Below the pieces are notes generated by a model that did no database searches, had not been told where the DNA came from, and saw only the letters and a program-made list of their open reading frames with translations. A program made the translations under genes and the position numbers. A stretch of DNA of 64,000 bases from an uncultured Alphaproteobacteria bacterium (GTDB lineage: Bacteria; Pseudomonadota; Alphaproteobacteria; RF32; CAG-239). Shown one piece after another: positions 8,084-16,653 of the stretch (its first letter is position 1; each line of letters opens with the position of its first letter). The stretch covers positions 80,485 through 144,484 of the forward strand of contig CABQIK010000002.1 in assembly GCA_902464275.1 (NCBI GenBank), given 5' to 3'.

Positions 8084-9373
8084 ATGTTATTAAGTTTCTC
8101 TGTGTCAAATTTCGGATCATTTAAAGAAAAAGCTACTTTTTCTATGTTTCCGGGGAAAATTTCCAAACAGCATGAAAACCATGTCTTAGGATGTATGCAA
8201 TATAAAGCATTAAAAGGGGCGGCTCTTTACGGAGCTAATGCCTCAGGTAAATCCAATTTTGTAAAAGCAATTGCGGCACTTAGAGCTATAATTGCAGGAG
8301 AACCTACCAAAAATTTGCTTTTAAATCAGTTTAAACTCGATAATTCGTACTCAGAAACTGAATTCGAGATTGTTTTTCAATATAATAAAGTAACATATCA
8401 ATATATTCTGCGCACAAATGGGGTTAATATTCCGTTTGAGCAATTAGCAATAGTCCAAAGATATGGGGAATTAAAGCCACTATTTACACGAGAAAATGAA
8501 AATGTAACGATAAGTTCCTTACTATCAAAAAGTGCAGATTGGTATAAAAATAGGACATTTCAGGCAACTAATGCTTATTTATTTAAGCTATGGCAGGATG
8601 GGATTATTCCAAATCAAAAAAAGATCAGTGGATCAAAGCATATTATCAATGCAATAGATTTCTTTTACAGGCTGTTTGTTATAACTCCACAAAGCCTTGC
8701 TAATCCTGTAGCTTTTTCTTTATTCTTCCAACGCAAAGATTTTCAATTGTTTTTGAAAAAATTATTACATGTTGCTGATTTGGGAATTACTGATATTAAA
8801 TGGGTACCTCTTTCAAAAGAAGATAGTGAGAAATATTTTAAGCAGGTAATATCAAGAATAAATGAACAACACGAATATGGAACAATTATATCGAAAAACG
8901 ATTTAGGCGAAGTGCTTGCTTTGGATATCAGTCCTTCCGGGCAAAAAGTTCATGCACTTAAAACAATACATAATGGTGTAGAATTTAACATTTCCGAGGA
9001 ATCTGCCGGAACAGTGCGCTTAATTGATTTAGCATTATCTTTCTTCTTTTTACAGGAGCAAGATATGTGTCTCATAATTGATGAGCTTGATTGCCATTTA
9101 CATCCGTTTTTGAGTAAATTCTTGCTTCAACATCATATGGAAACGACAGAAAACAAAGGACAATTAATTGTTACATTACATGATTTAAATTTAATGTCGC
9201 AAGAAATTTGGCGTACAGATGAAATATGGTTTGCAGAAAAACGCCAAGATGGTTCTACTGATCTGTATTCGTTATACCAGTTTTCTCCTCGCTTTGATAA
9301 AAATCTTCAGAAAGGGTATATGCAAGGAAAGTATGGCGCAATTCCTATGATAGGAGATTTCAAAGATGAGTAA
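8084..9373 (+). CDS. AAA_15/AAA_21-type ATPase (AbiLi/RloA-like)
   Basis: 429 aa with Walker A GANASGKSN, Walker B LIIDELDCHLHP and VTLHD. TTGACT -35 at 8024-8029. Confidence 0.8.
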   Translation: MLLSFSVSNFGSFKEKATFSMFPGKISKQHENHVLGCMQYKALKGAALYGANASGKSNFVKAIAALRAIIAGEPTKNLLLNQFKLDNSYSETEFEIVFQYNKVTYQYILRTNGVNIPFEQLAIVQRYGELKPLFTRENENVTISSLLSKSADWYKNRTFQATNAYLFKLWQDGIIPNQKKISGSKHIINAIDFFYRLFVITPQSLANPVAFSLFFQRKDFQLFLKKLLHVADLGITDIKWVPLSKEDSEKYFKQVISRINEQHEYGTIISKNDLGEVLALDISPSGQKVHALKTIHNGVEFNISEESAGTVRLIDLALSFFFLQEQDMCLIIDELDCHLHPFLSKFLLQHHMETTENKGQLIVTLHDLNLMSQEIWRTDEIWFAEKRQDGSTDLYSLYQFSPRFDKNLQKGYMQGKYGAIPMIGDFKDE

Positions 9374-9947
9374 TTTCGGACAGCGCTCGCAATTTAAGCT
9401 AATTATTCAGCTGTTTTTCGAGGGTAAAACGGAACTGGATTATTTGCAAAAGTTTATTCGTCAACGCAACAAGAATACATTAATTAGATTAAACAAGATA
9501 TTGATTAACCCTAATCCTCTGACTTTAGCGCAAGAGTCGGTAGAAAAGTTTGATGATTTAAAAATGAATAATTCTGAAGTATGGGTAGTGTTTGATCACG
9601 ATGGTAGAGATACGGAAGTTAGGAACGCTATTGATTATATAAATAAAAGCGGAAAAGATATTCATATAGCCTTTATGAAACCTTGTATTGAAATATGGCC
9701 TCTGATGCATAACGGAATTGATAATGTTACGACACCATCAGCGGCACAATCAAAACTAGAAAGCATTATGCCATCTTATGACCATGATAGAAATCCATAT
9801 TTCGATCTAGATAAAATGCAAAATTATGAAGGTGCGGTGGTAAAAGCAAAACAATGGCAAACGTCATTATCAGGCGATCCGGAATATAATTCTGCCAAAT
9901 ATGCAGGCATTTATAAATTAACTGAAAAAATAGCTGGTGTGGAATAA
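9366..9947 (+). CDS. RloB-family (Toprim-like) protein (AbiLii-like)
   Basis: 193 aa; the start overlaps the upstream stop by 8 nt. FEGKTELDY, VVFDHDGRD and KPCIEIW follow the RloB motif pattern (CEGxxTExxY / D.D / NPCFE.W). Confidence 0.75.
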   Translation: MSNFGQRSQFKLIIQLFFEGKTELDYLQKFIRQRNKNTLIRLNKILINPNPLTLAQESVEKFDDLKMNNSEVWVVFDHDGRDTEVRNAIDYINKSGKDIHIAFMKPCIEIWPLMHNGIDNVTTPSAAQSKLESIMPSYDHDRNPYFDLDKMQNYEGAVVKAKQWQTSLSGDPEYNSAKYAGIYKLTEKIAGVE

Positions 9948-10251
9948 TTTCTGATTTAATTATGGCGGAACTGCCATAATTAAAATCCACAAATCATCAT
10001 ATTTGCCCCGGTTAGTCCATTTTTATTGGACTTTCCGGAGCAAATACAACATTTTATAAAGTAAGTAGAAAAGTAAGGAGAAAAATTAAAACAAGTAAGG
10101 ATAAAAATAACTACCCAGAAAATATTATTTTTTAGTAGTATATCTGCAATCCTCGGGGATATGAAAAATACGAAGATACCGATTTTGAAAGCAATTTTAT
10201 AATTAATATTTGATATGATACGAAAAATAAACTGCTTTTTGAATTTTTATC

Positions 10252-10290
10252 TTGACTTTTTGTAGAAAAATGGTCCATATTTCTACAAAA
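10252..10290 (+). promoter_or_regulatory. Putative abiE promoter with overlapping 11-bp perfect inverted repeat (operator candidate)
   Basis: TTGACT at 10252-10257. Inverted repeat TTTTGTAGAAA (10258-10268) / TTTCTACAAAA (10280-10290) with an 11-nt spacer. A CATATT -10-like hexamer lies inside the repeat. The ATG is at 10302. Confidence 0.55.
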
Positions 10291-10301
10291 GAGAGGTTTA
10301 A

Positions 10302-10928
10302 ATGTCAGTAACTATAAAGGATAGAATACTTTATTTAATCCAAAAAAAAGGAAGAGGTATAGTATTTTCTTCTCAGGATTTTATACCAAAATTTAAAAGA
10401 TGGGAAGTTGATCGTTCTCTTACAGATTTGGAAAAAGAAGGCAAGATTGTTCGAATCATTCCAGGGCTGTATGCCTTTCCTAAGTATAGCCAGTTACTTA
10501 AAGAATATGTTGTACCTGATATAGGAACAATTGCTCAGGGCATCGCTCGCAAAAATGATTGGAAAATTTTTCCAGAAGGAAATACAGCTCTTCTTTACTT
10601 AGGTTTATCGACACAAGTGCCTGCTAAATATATTTACTTATCAAGCGGTAGGCACCGTAAGTATGATATAAACGGTACAATTTTGGAATTTAAGGAGTTA
10701 AATTCTAAAACTATTTCCATAAGTGATAAAAATACAAATCTTGTTGTTCAATCCATTGCTGCATTGGGGAAAATTGCCGCAAGTGAAGAGAGCTTTATTA
10801 AAAAACTCTCAAAGTGTTTTTCGCCGGAAGAATGGGTAAAGATTGAATACAAGGCCAAAAAAGTAACATCATGGATATTAGAAGTAATTGCAAAAGCAAA
10901 GGAATTTTCAAATGATGAAGATTATTAA
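10302..10928 (+). CDS. AbiEi/DUF6088-like type IV antitoxin (transcriptional regulator)
   Basis: 208 aa with a winged-helix-like N-terminus (..LEKEGKIVRIIPGLYAF..) and an LGLSTQVP motif. Located immediately upstream of an AbiEii gene. Confidence 0.75.
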   Translation: MSVTIKDRILYLIQKKGRGIVFSSQDFIPKFKRWEVDRSLTDLEKEGKIVRIIPGLYAFPKYSQLLKEYVVPDIGTIAQGIARKNDWKIFPEGNTALLYLGLSTQVPAKYIYLSSGRHRKYDINGTILEFKELNSKTISISDKNTNLVVQSIAALGKIAASEESFIKKLSKCFSPEEWVKIEYKAKKVTSWILEVIAKAKEFSNDEDY

Positions 10929-11964
10929 CTCATCAACGGAAGAAAGAAATCTTTTATTTACGAGAGTGTCTGAATCTACACATATCCCGCTTGCTATGGT
11001 TGAAAAAGACTTTTGGGTTTGCTTTGTGCTTGCGAGAATATTTTCTGATGCAGAATTAAGAGATGCATTACGCTTCAAAGGCGGCACCTCACTTTCTAAA
11101 GGCTACGGACTTATAAAGAGATTCTCTGAAGATTTAGATTTAATTTTGGATAAATCCCTTGTTCTTGGTGACGAAGATATTTTCAAATCCTCTTATAAAA
11201 AACAAAGAGAATTTTCAGATGTCATTTCGGAAAAAACAGCAACGTATATATCAACAATTTTGAAATCTAAAATAGAAAATGTTTTAAATGATGCAGTCAA
11301 AGTTTATACAGATGCTGAATATGCGGAGATAACACCTTCGTATAATCCGGGAAAGATTGACAATAAATCATTGCACATTGTTTATCCGAAATCAGCGAAT
11401 GATACATATTTGCGCCCGGATATATTGCTTGAAATCGGGATAATGTCAGCAAGAACTCCCTGTGAGGACAGAAATATTACATCCTATGTTGCTCAGACCT
11501 TTCCTCAACTTGCATTAGAATCTTGTAATGTACCAACAGTAAAACCTATTCGAACATTTTGGGATAAAGCAACAATTTTACATAGAGAATTTTATCGTCC
11601 GGCCACGAAATATAACAAGCAGACAGATTCAGAAGAACCAAATTATACACCGGTGCGATACTCTCGGCATTATCATGATTTGTATCAACTTGGAAATTCT
11701 TTTGTAAAGGACGAAGCTCTTGCTGATAGAAATTTGTTAGCTGATGTTGTGGATCGTAAAGACAAATTATATCATTGCCCATGGGCAAAATATGATGAGT
11801 GCCTTACAGGTAAAATGCATTTATTACCAAACGAAAATAACAAGAGTGTAATACAGGAAGATTATAAAGCTATGCAGAATATGATTTATGGAGAGGTTCC
11901 TTCTTGGGATGAGATAATAAAATATCTTACAGAATTGGAAAAAGAAATAAATCAGTGTAAATAA
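10912..11964 (+). CDS. AbiEii/AbiGii-family nucleotidyltransferase toxin
   Basis: Contains the KGGTSLSKGYGLIKRFSEDLDL signature. ATG 10912 (RBS AAGGAA) is preferred over 10888. Overlaps the antitoxin gene by 17 nt. Confidence 0.82.
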   Translation: MMKIINSSTEERNLLFTRVSESTHIPLAMVEKDFWVCFVLARIFSDAELRDALRFKGGTSLSKGYGLIKRFSEDLDLILDKSLVLGDEDIFKSSYKKQREFSDVISEKTATYISTILKSKIENVLNDAVKVYTDAEYAEITPSYNPGKIDNKSLHIVYPKSANDTYLRPDILLEIGIMSARTPCEDRNITSYVAQTFPQLALESCNVPTVKPIRTFWDKATILHREFYRPATKYNKQTDSEEPNYTPVRYSRHYHDLYQLGNSFVKDEALADRNLLADVVDRKDKLYHCPWAKYDECLTGKMHLLPNENNKSVIQEDYKAMQNMIYGEVPSWDEIIKYLTELEKEINQCK

Positions 11965-12177
11965 TTAAATGTCAATTTCAACACCTCAACCGTCTAAAAT
12001 GTTAGTCCGGGCGCGGGATATTCTTTATGTCATACAAACGAGCATTCATTACCGAAAAAGAACCGGTGGCGGACTGGGAAACATAAGTAGATATTGGCTT
12101 AAATCGGCGGCAGATAACAGATACTTTTGTGCTTTAAAGTATCCGTAATTGCCGTCTCTTACTCAATTCACCACCAT

Positions 12178-12209
12178 AAAAACCACTCTTTTTGCAAGAG
12201 TGGTTTTTT
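12178..12209 (+). terminator. Rho-independent terminator (13-bp stem)
   Basis: AAAAACCACTCTT-tttgc-AAGAGTGGTTTTT followed by T. Confidence 0.8.
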
Positions 12210-12374
12210 ATTATCCGCTGAGACCAAAACTTTATAATTTTTATAAAATCGGAAATTTCTCAAAATGCGCAAATATAGTTATCACACGGCGGTAAAATTT
12301 AGCTTGAAATTTTATGCTCAAAAGAGTATAAGGCTTTATATTTGTTAAACAACCCCATTCGTCGGAGATGCAAC

Positions 12375-13220
12375 ATGCCTAAAGTTTCGGTTTTAATGCC
12401 GGTATACAAAACTCAAGAAGCGCATTTGCGCGCGGCGATTGAAAGTATTTTAAGCCAAACTTTTACCGATTTTGAGTTTTTGATTTTAGACGATTGCCCT
12501 GACGAATCGCGAGAAGAAATTGTCTGCTCATATAATGACGAACGTATAAAATACGGCAAAAATACCCATAATCTCGGGATTTCGGCAAGCCGCAACAAAT
12601 TAATTGATATGGCGCAAGGCGAGTATCTGGCCGTTTTTGACCATGATGACATTTCGTTGCCGGAGCGTTTTGCCAAAGAGGTTGCTTATTTAGATGCCAA
12701 CCCGCAATGCGGCGTGGTAAGTTGCTCCTTTAAAAAGCTGATTGAAAATACCGTAAATGTTAACCCTGAAAACAATGAACAGATTACCCGCAAAATGTTT
12801 ATTTCATGCGCAATGCTGCATCCGGCGGCTATGATACGGAAATCTGTGCTTGACAACCTTAATTTGCGTTATGAAGAAAAATTTTCACCGGCGGAAGATT
12901 ATGCTCTGTGGTGCCGAATGATTGATAAAACCGAATTTCATAACCTGCCTGAAGTGTTGTTTTATTATCGTGACCATGCACAAAACACCACTCACAATCA
13001 GCTGCAAAAAATGCAGGATAAAACTTGTTTTATTCAAGCCTTTGCCCGCATTAACAACGCTGCTTTATGGAAGGGGATTGAGCAGCAAATACATTATGTT
13101 ACCCATATAAAAGTATTCGGCATACCGATGTTCAAAATTGTCCGTTGCGGCAAATATTCAAAATGCTATTTGTTTGACCGCATAACCATATATTATGCCA
13201 AAACCAAAGAGGTGATGTGA
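12375..13220 (+). CDS. Family 2 glycosyltransferase
   Basis: PKVSVLMPVYK, ILDDCPD and FDHDD motifs. ATG 12375 with GGAG 7 nt upstream is preferred over TTG 12342. Confidence 0.85.
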   Translation: MPKVSVLMPVYKTQEAHLRAAIESILSQTFTDFEFLILDDCPDESREEIVCSYNDERIKYGKNTHNLGISASRNKLIDMAQGEYLAVFDHDDISLPERFAKEVAYLDANPQCGVVSCSFKKLIENTVNVNPENNEQITRKMFISCAMLHPAAMIRKSVLDNLNLRYEEKFSPAEDYALWCRMIDKTEFHNLPEVLFYYRDHAQNTTHNQLQKMQDKTCFIQAFARINNAALWKGIEQQIHYVTHIKVFGIPMFKIVRCGKYSKCYLFDRITIYYAKTKEVM

Positions 13221-13242
13221 TGAAAAACGCTTTCACGCTTTA

Positions 13243-13301
13243 AAATACAACTTATGCACAGCACGGACTCGTAAATATTGCAAAAAAAAAACGCGTGATA
13301 A
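13243..13301 (+). promoter_or_regulatory. Pilin-cassette copy 1 (upstream blocks only), in front of a glycosyltransferase gene
   Basis: AATACAACTTATGCACAGCACGGACTCGTAAATATTGCAAAAAAAAAACGCG matches the cassettes at 19741, 31261, 48712, 57681 and 58595. It is followed by TGaTAATAT (an extended -10-like element). Confidence 0.7.
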
Positions 13302-13353
13302 TATTTTTTCAAAAGTAAACATTTTAAGAAAGTTTGTTTCATAGAGAAGTGAA

Positions 13354-14346
13354 ATGCCTAAAATTTCTGTAATTATGCCAGTATATAACACCAAATCTGA
13401 ATATTTTAAAGAAGCGATTCAGAGTATTTTATTGCAAACCTATAATAATTTTGAACTGATAATTGTTGATGACTGCTCAGATAGCTACATCAAAGACATT
13501 GTTTTACAATATAAAGACAATAGAATTTTTTATTATCGCACCGAACGAAATTCAGGAGCCGCAGCAGCAAGAAATTTGGCTATTTCTAAAGCTCGCGGCG
13601 AATTTTTGGCTTTTATGGATTCTGATGATGTCTCTTTGCCAAACAGATTTGAAGAACAGCTTAAGTATTTTCAACAAAATCCTCAAATTGGTTGTTTAGG
13701 TACAAACATTATTACAATAAGCGACACAATAAAAATGAAATTTCCAAAACATTTAAGGGGTACAGATATTGAGCAGTATTTGTTGTTTACCGGGTGTGCA
13801 TTTTGTCAATCAAGCGTTATGTTACGTAGAGAAATACTAGAAAAAAATAATATTAAGTACAATAGTCAATATGTTCCGGCTGAAGATTATGCATTGTGGC
13901 TTGACTTAGTCGGTAAAACAAAATTTGCCATTTTGGATAAGACTTTACTAAAATACCGTTATTATCCTGAAAACATTTCCAACAGACAAAAGTTCTTGCA
14001 AGAAAAGAAATGCGCTGAAGCTCAAATTGCGGCATTAGAAAAGTATTGCGAATTTAAACTTGACAATAAAGATTTATTGTTGTCTTTTTTCTATAAAAAA
14101 AGTTTACCGCTATCTGATTTGCAAGAATTAAATACTACCATAGATGAGTTAATTACAAAAATGAAAATGAATAACGTTTTTACACCTGCCGCTCTTAATA
14201 TTTTTAAGAGAAAATTTAAAAAACTATACTACCATACGCACAGTATAAAAGGGCAATGGCAACTCTTCAATTCACCAATTAACAAATTGCTGAATATTAA
14301 GTTGTCTTGCCGTTTGTTTTGTTTTATTACCAGAGGAATATTATAA
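13354..14346 (+). CDS. Family 2 glycosyltransferase
   Basis: [18 protein letters not shown] and MDSDD motifs. AT-rich. Confidence 0.85.
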   Translation: MPKISVIMPVYNTKSEYFKEAIQSILLQTYNNFELIIVDDCSDSYIKDIVLQYKDNRIFYYRTERNSGAAAARNLAISKARGEFLAFMDSDDVSLPNRFEEQLKYFQQNPQIGCLGTNIITISDTIKMKFPKHLRGTDIEQYLLFTGCAFCQSSVMLRREILEKNNIKYNSQYVPAEDYALWLDLVGKTKFAILDKTLLKYRYYPENISNRQKFLQEKKCAEAQIAALEKYCEFKLDNKDLLLSFFYKKSLPLSDLQELNTTIDELITKMKMNNVFTPAALNIFKRKFKKLYYHTHSIKGQWQLFNSPINKLLNIKLSCRLFCFITRGIL

Positions 14347-15311
14347 TGAAAACAATTCTTGTAACCGGAGGGACCGGCTTTCTCGGGTCAAATCTTTGCA
14401 CTCGCCTGATTAATGAAGGCAATCGGGTGATTTGTGTAGATAATAACTACACAGGACGGATGAGCAATGTCAGCTCTATTCTCAATCATCCGAATTTTCG
14501 GTTTATTAAGCATGATGTTTGCAATCCTCTGGACGTTGATGACGAGAAGATTGACCAAATTTATAATATGGCTTGTCCGGCATCTCCTCCGGCTTATCAG
14601 GGCAGTTATTCCATCAAGACCACCAAGACCTGTGTTTTAGGCGCTATCAACATGTTGGAACTGGCTAAAAAACACCACGCCACCATTTTACAAACCTCAA
14701 CTTCTGAAGTTTATGGCGAGCCGTTGGTTCATCCGCAGGTAGAAAGCTATCGCGGCAATGTCAATCCTGATGGTATTCGCGCTTGTTATGATGAGGGCAA
14801 ACGCTGCGCCGAAAGTTTGTTCTTTGACTATTGGCGGCATGAGGGTGTGGATATTAAGGTTATTCGCATTTTTAATACTTACGGTCCCAATATGGATCCA
14901 AATGACGGACGCGTGGTGTCAAACTTTATCTGTCAGGCGCTTTCGGGGCAAGATATTACCATTTATGGCGATGGACACCAGACACGCTCATTTTGCTATG
15001 TTGACGATTTGATTGAAGCCATGATTCGGATGATGAACAGTCCGAAAGACTTTACCGGACCGGTAAACACCGGTAACCCCGGGGAATTTACAATTAAGGA
15101 GTTGGCGGAAATGGTTGTTGCTAAAATCGGCGGAAAATCTAAAGTTGTTTACAAGGATTTACCCTCAGACGACCCAACACAACGCCGTCCTGATATTACT
15201 TTGGCAAAAAACAAACTCGGCTGGGAACCCAAAATTAAACTCAGTGAAGGTTTAGACAGGACTATTGAATATTTCAAAACTCAAATTAATCTATTTAGGA
15301 AGGCTATGTAA
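14346..15311 (+). CDS. UDP-glucuronate decarboxylase (UDP-xylose synthase-type SDR)
   Basis: [16 protein letters not shown] Rossmann motif and YDEGKR catalytic motif. ATG 14346 overlaps the preceding stop (TAATG). Confidence 0.85.
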   Translation: MKTILVTGGTGFLGSNLCTRLINEGNRVICVDNNYTGRMSNVSSILNHPNFRFIKHDVCNPLDVDDEKIDQIYNMACPASPPAYQGSYSIKTTKTCVLGAINMLELAKKHHATILQTSTSEVYGEPLVHPQVESYRGNVNPDGIRACYDEGKRCAESLFFDYWRHEGVDIKVIRIFNTYGPNMDPNDGRVVSNFICQALSGQDITIYGDGHQTRSFCYVDDLIEAMIRMMNSPKDFTGPVNTGNPGEFTIKELAEMVVAKIGGKSKVVYKDLPSDDPTQRRPDITLAKNKLGWEPKIKLSEGLDRTIEYFKTQINLFRKAM

Positions 15312-15312
15312 T

Positions 15313-16650
15313 ATGAAAGTAGGAATTATCGGAACAGGTTATGTTGGTTTACCCACCGGCGTTGGTTTGGCTGAACTTGGCAATCAGGTTGTATGTATTG
15401 ACCGCGAGCCGAAAAAAATAGAAGCTTTGCAAGCGGGTAAAATCACTTTGTATGAGGACGGGTTGGAGGACTTGTTCCACAAAAACGTCAAAGAAGGTCG
15501 TCTGCATTTTACAACTTCTATGCAGGAGGGCGTCTCTGATGCTGATTTAGTGATTATTGCAGTTGGCACACCGCCGCATCCGGTCACTAAAGAAGCGGAT
15601 ATGAAGTATATTCACGCTGCTGCAACCGAATTAGCGGAATATTTGACAGGATACACGGTTGTGGCTACCAAATCTACCGTTCCGGTCGGTACCGGCGATG
15701 TGGTTGAAGGGCTGATTGCCAAAAAGAATCCCAAAGCTGATTTTGACGTTGTTTCTTTGCCGGAATTTTTGCGGGAAGGTTTTGCCGTGCATGACTTCTT
15801 CCACCCTGATCGGATTGTCGTTGGCGCCAATACCGAAAAAGCCCGCAATGTTATTAAAGAGCTTTATAAGCCGTTTGAAGGCAAAACCAATATGCTGTTT
15901 GTTAAACGTCGGTCAAGCGAAACTATTAAATATGCTTCAAATGCTTTTTTAGCCATCAAAATCCATTATATTAATGAGATGGCCAATTTCTGCGAGAAAA
16001 CAGGGGCGGATATTACAGAAGTAGCCAAAGGTATGGGCTTGGACAGCCGTATCGGCAATCGTTTCTTGAACCCCGGTCCCGGCTATGGCGGAAGCTGTTT
16101 CCCGAAAGATACAATGGCCATGGCTTATATGGCACGCCAAAATGATGTTGATATGACCTTGATTAAAGCGGCAATTGACGGTAACACCAAACGCAAAAAA
16201 GACATGGCGGAAAGAATTCTTGAGGCGGTTAAAGGAATTGATAATCCGAAAATTGCCGTTCTAGGTCTGGCTTTCAAAGACGGAACCGATGACTGCCGCG
16301 AAAGTCCGGCAATGGAAATTGTCGGCAATCTGCTGGAAACCGGCGCGGATATTACCGCTTATGACCCTAAGGCTATGGAAACAGCCAAGCTCTTGGTCGG
16401 CGACAAGATTACATACGCCGCGGACATGTATGAGGCGCTCAAAGGAGCCGATGTGTTGGCGATTTTGACCGAATGGGGCGAGTTTAAAGAACTGGATTTA
16501 GCCAAAGCCGCCCAACTGATGAAACACAAAACCATTATTGACTGCCGTAATTTAATTGACACTGAACAAGCTGTGAAAAATGGCTTTAGGTATCAAGGAA
16601 TCGGGAAAAAACCGAAACAAAAAGATGATCGTTTGCAGGAGGCTGCATAA
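15313..16650 (+). CDS. ugd: UDP-glucose 6-dehydrogenase
   Basis: MKVGIIGTGYVGL NAD motif and GGSCFPKD catalytic Cys motif. RBS AGGAAGG. ATG 15313 is preferred over the ORF-track start at 15265. Confidence 0.9.
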   Translation: MKVGIIGTGYVGLPTGVGLAELGNQVVCIDREPKKIEALQAGKITLYEDGLEDLFHKNVKEGRLHFTTSMQEGVSDADLVIIAVGTPPHPVTKEADMKYIHAAATELAEYLTGYTVVATKSTVPVGTGDVVEGLIAKKNPKADFDVVSLPEFLREGFAVHDFFHPDRIVVGANTEKARNVIKELYKPFEGKTNMLFVKRRSSETIKYASNAFLAIKIHYINEMANFCEKTGADITEVAKGMGLDSRIGNRFLNPGPGYGGSCFPKDTMAMAYMARQNDVDMTLIKAAIDGNTKRKKDMAERILEAVKGIDNPKIAVLGLAFKDGTDDCRESPAMEIVGNLLETGADITAYDPKAMETAKLLVGDKITYAADMYEALKGADVLAILTEWGEFKELDLAKAAQLMKHKTIIDCRNLIDTEQAVKNGFRYQGIGKKPKQKDDRLQEAA

Positions 16651-16653
16651 AAA

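Noticed and set aside
9956-9983. Hairpin TTAATTATGGC-ggaact-GCCATAATTAA after the RloB gene as a terminator
   Set aside because: It has a good 11-bp stem but no downstream T-run, so intrinsic termination is uncertain. It may simply be a stabilising 3' stem, and it was not listed as a feature.
11969-12148. 59-aa ORF (MSISTPQPSKMLVRARDILYV...) between abiEii and the terminator
   Set aside because: It lies just below the ORF-track cutoff and has no SD and no recognisable motif. It may be a remnant of the gene disrupted at the island border. It is kept only as a note because its GC content matches the backbone.
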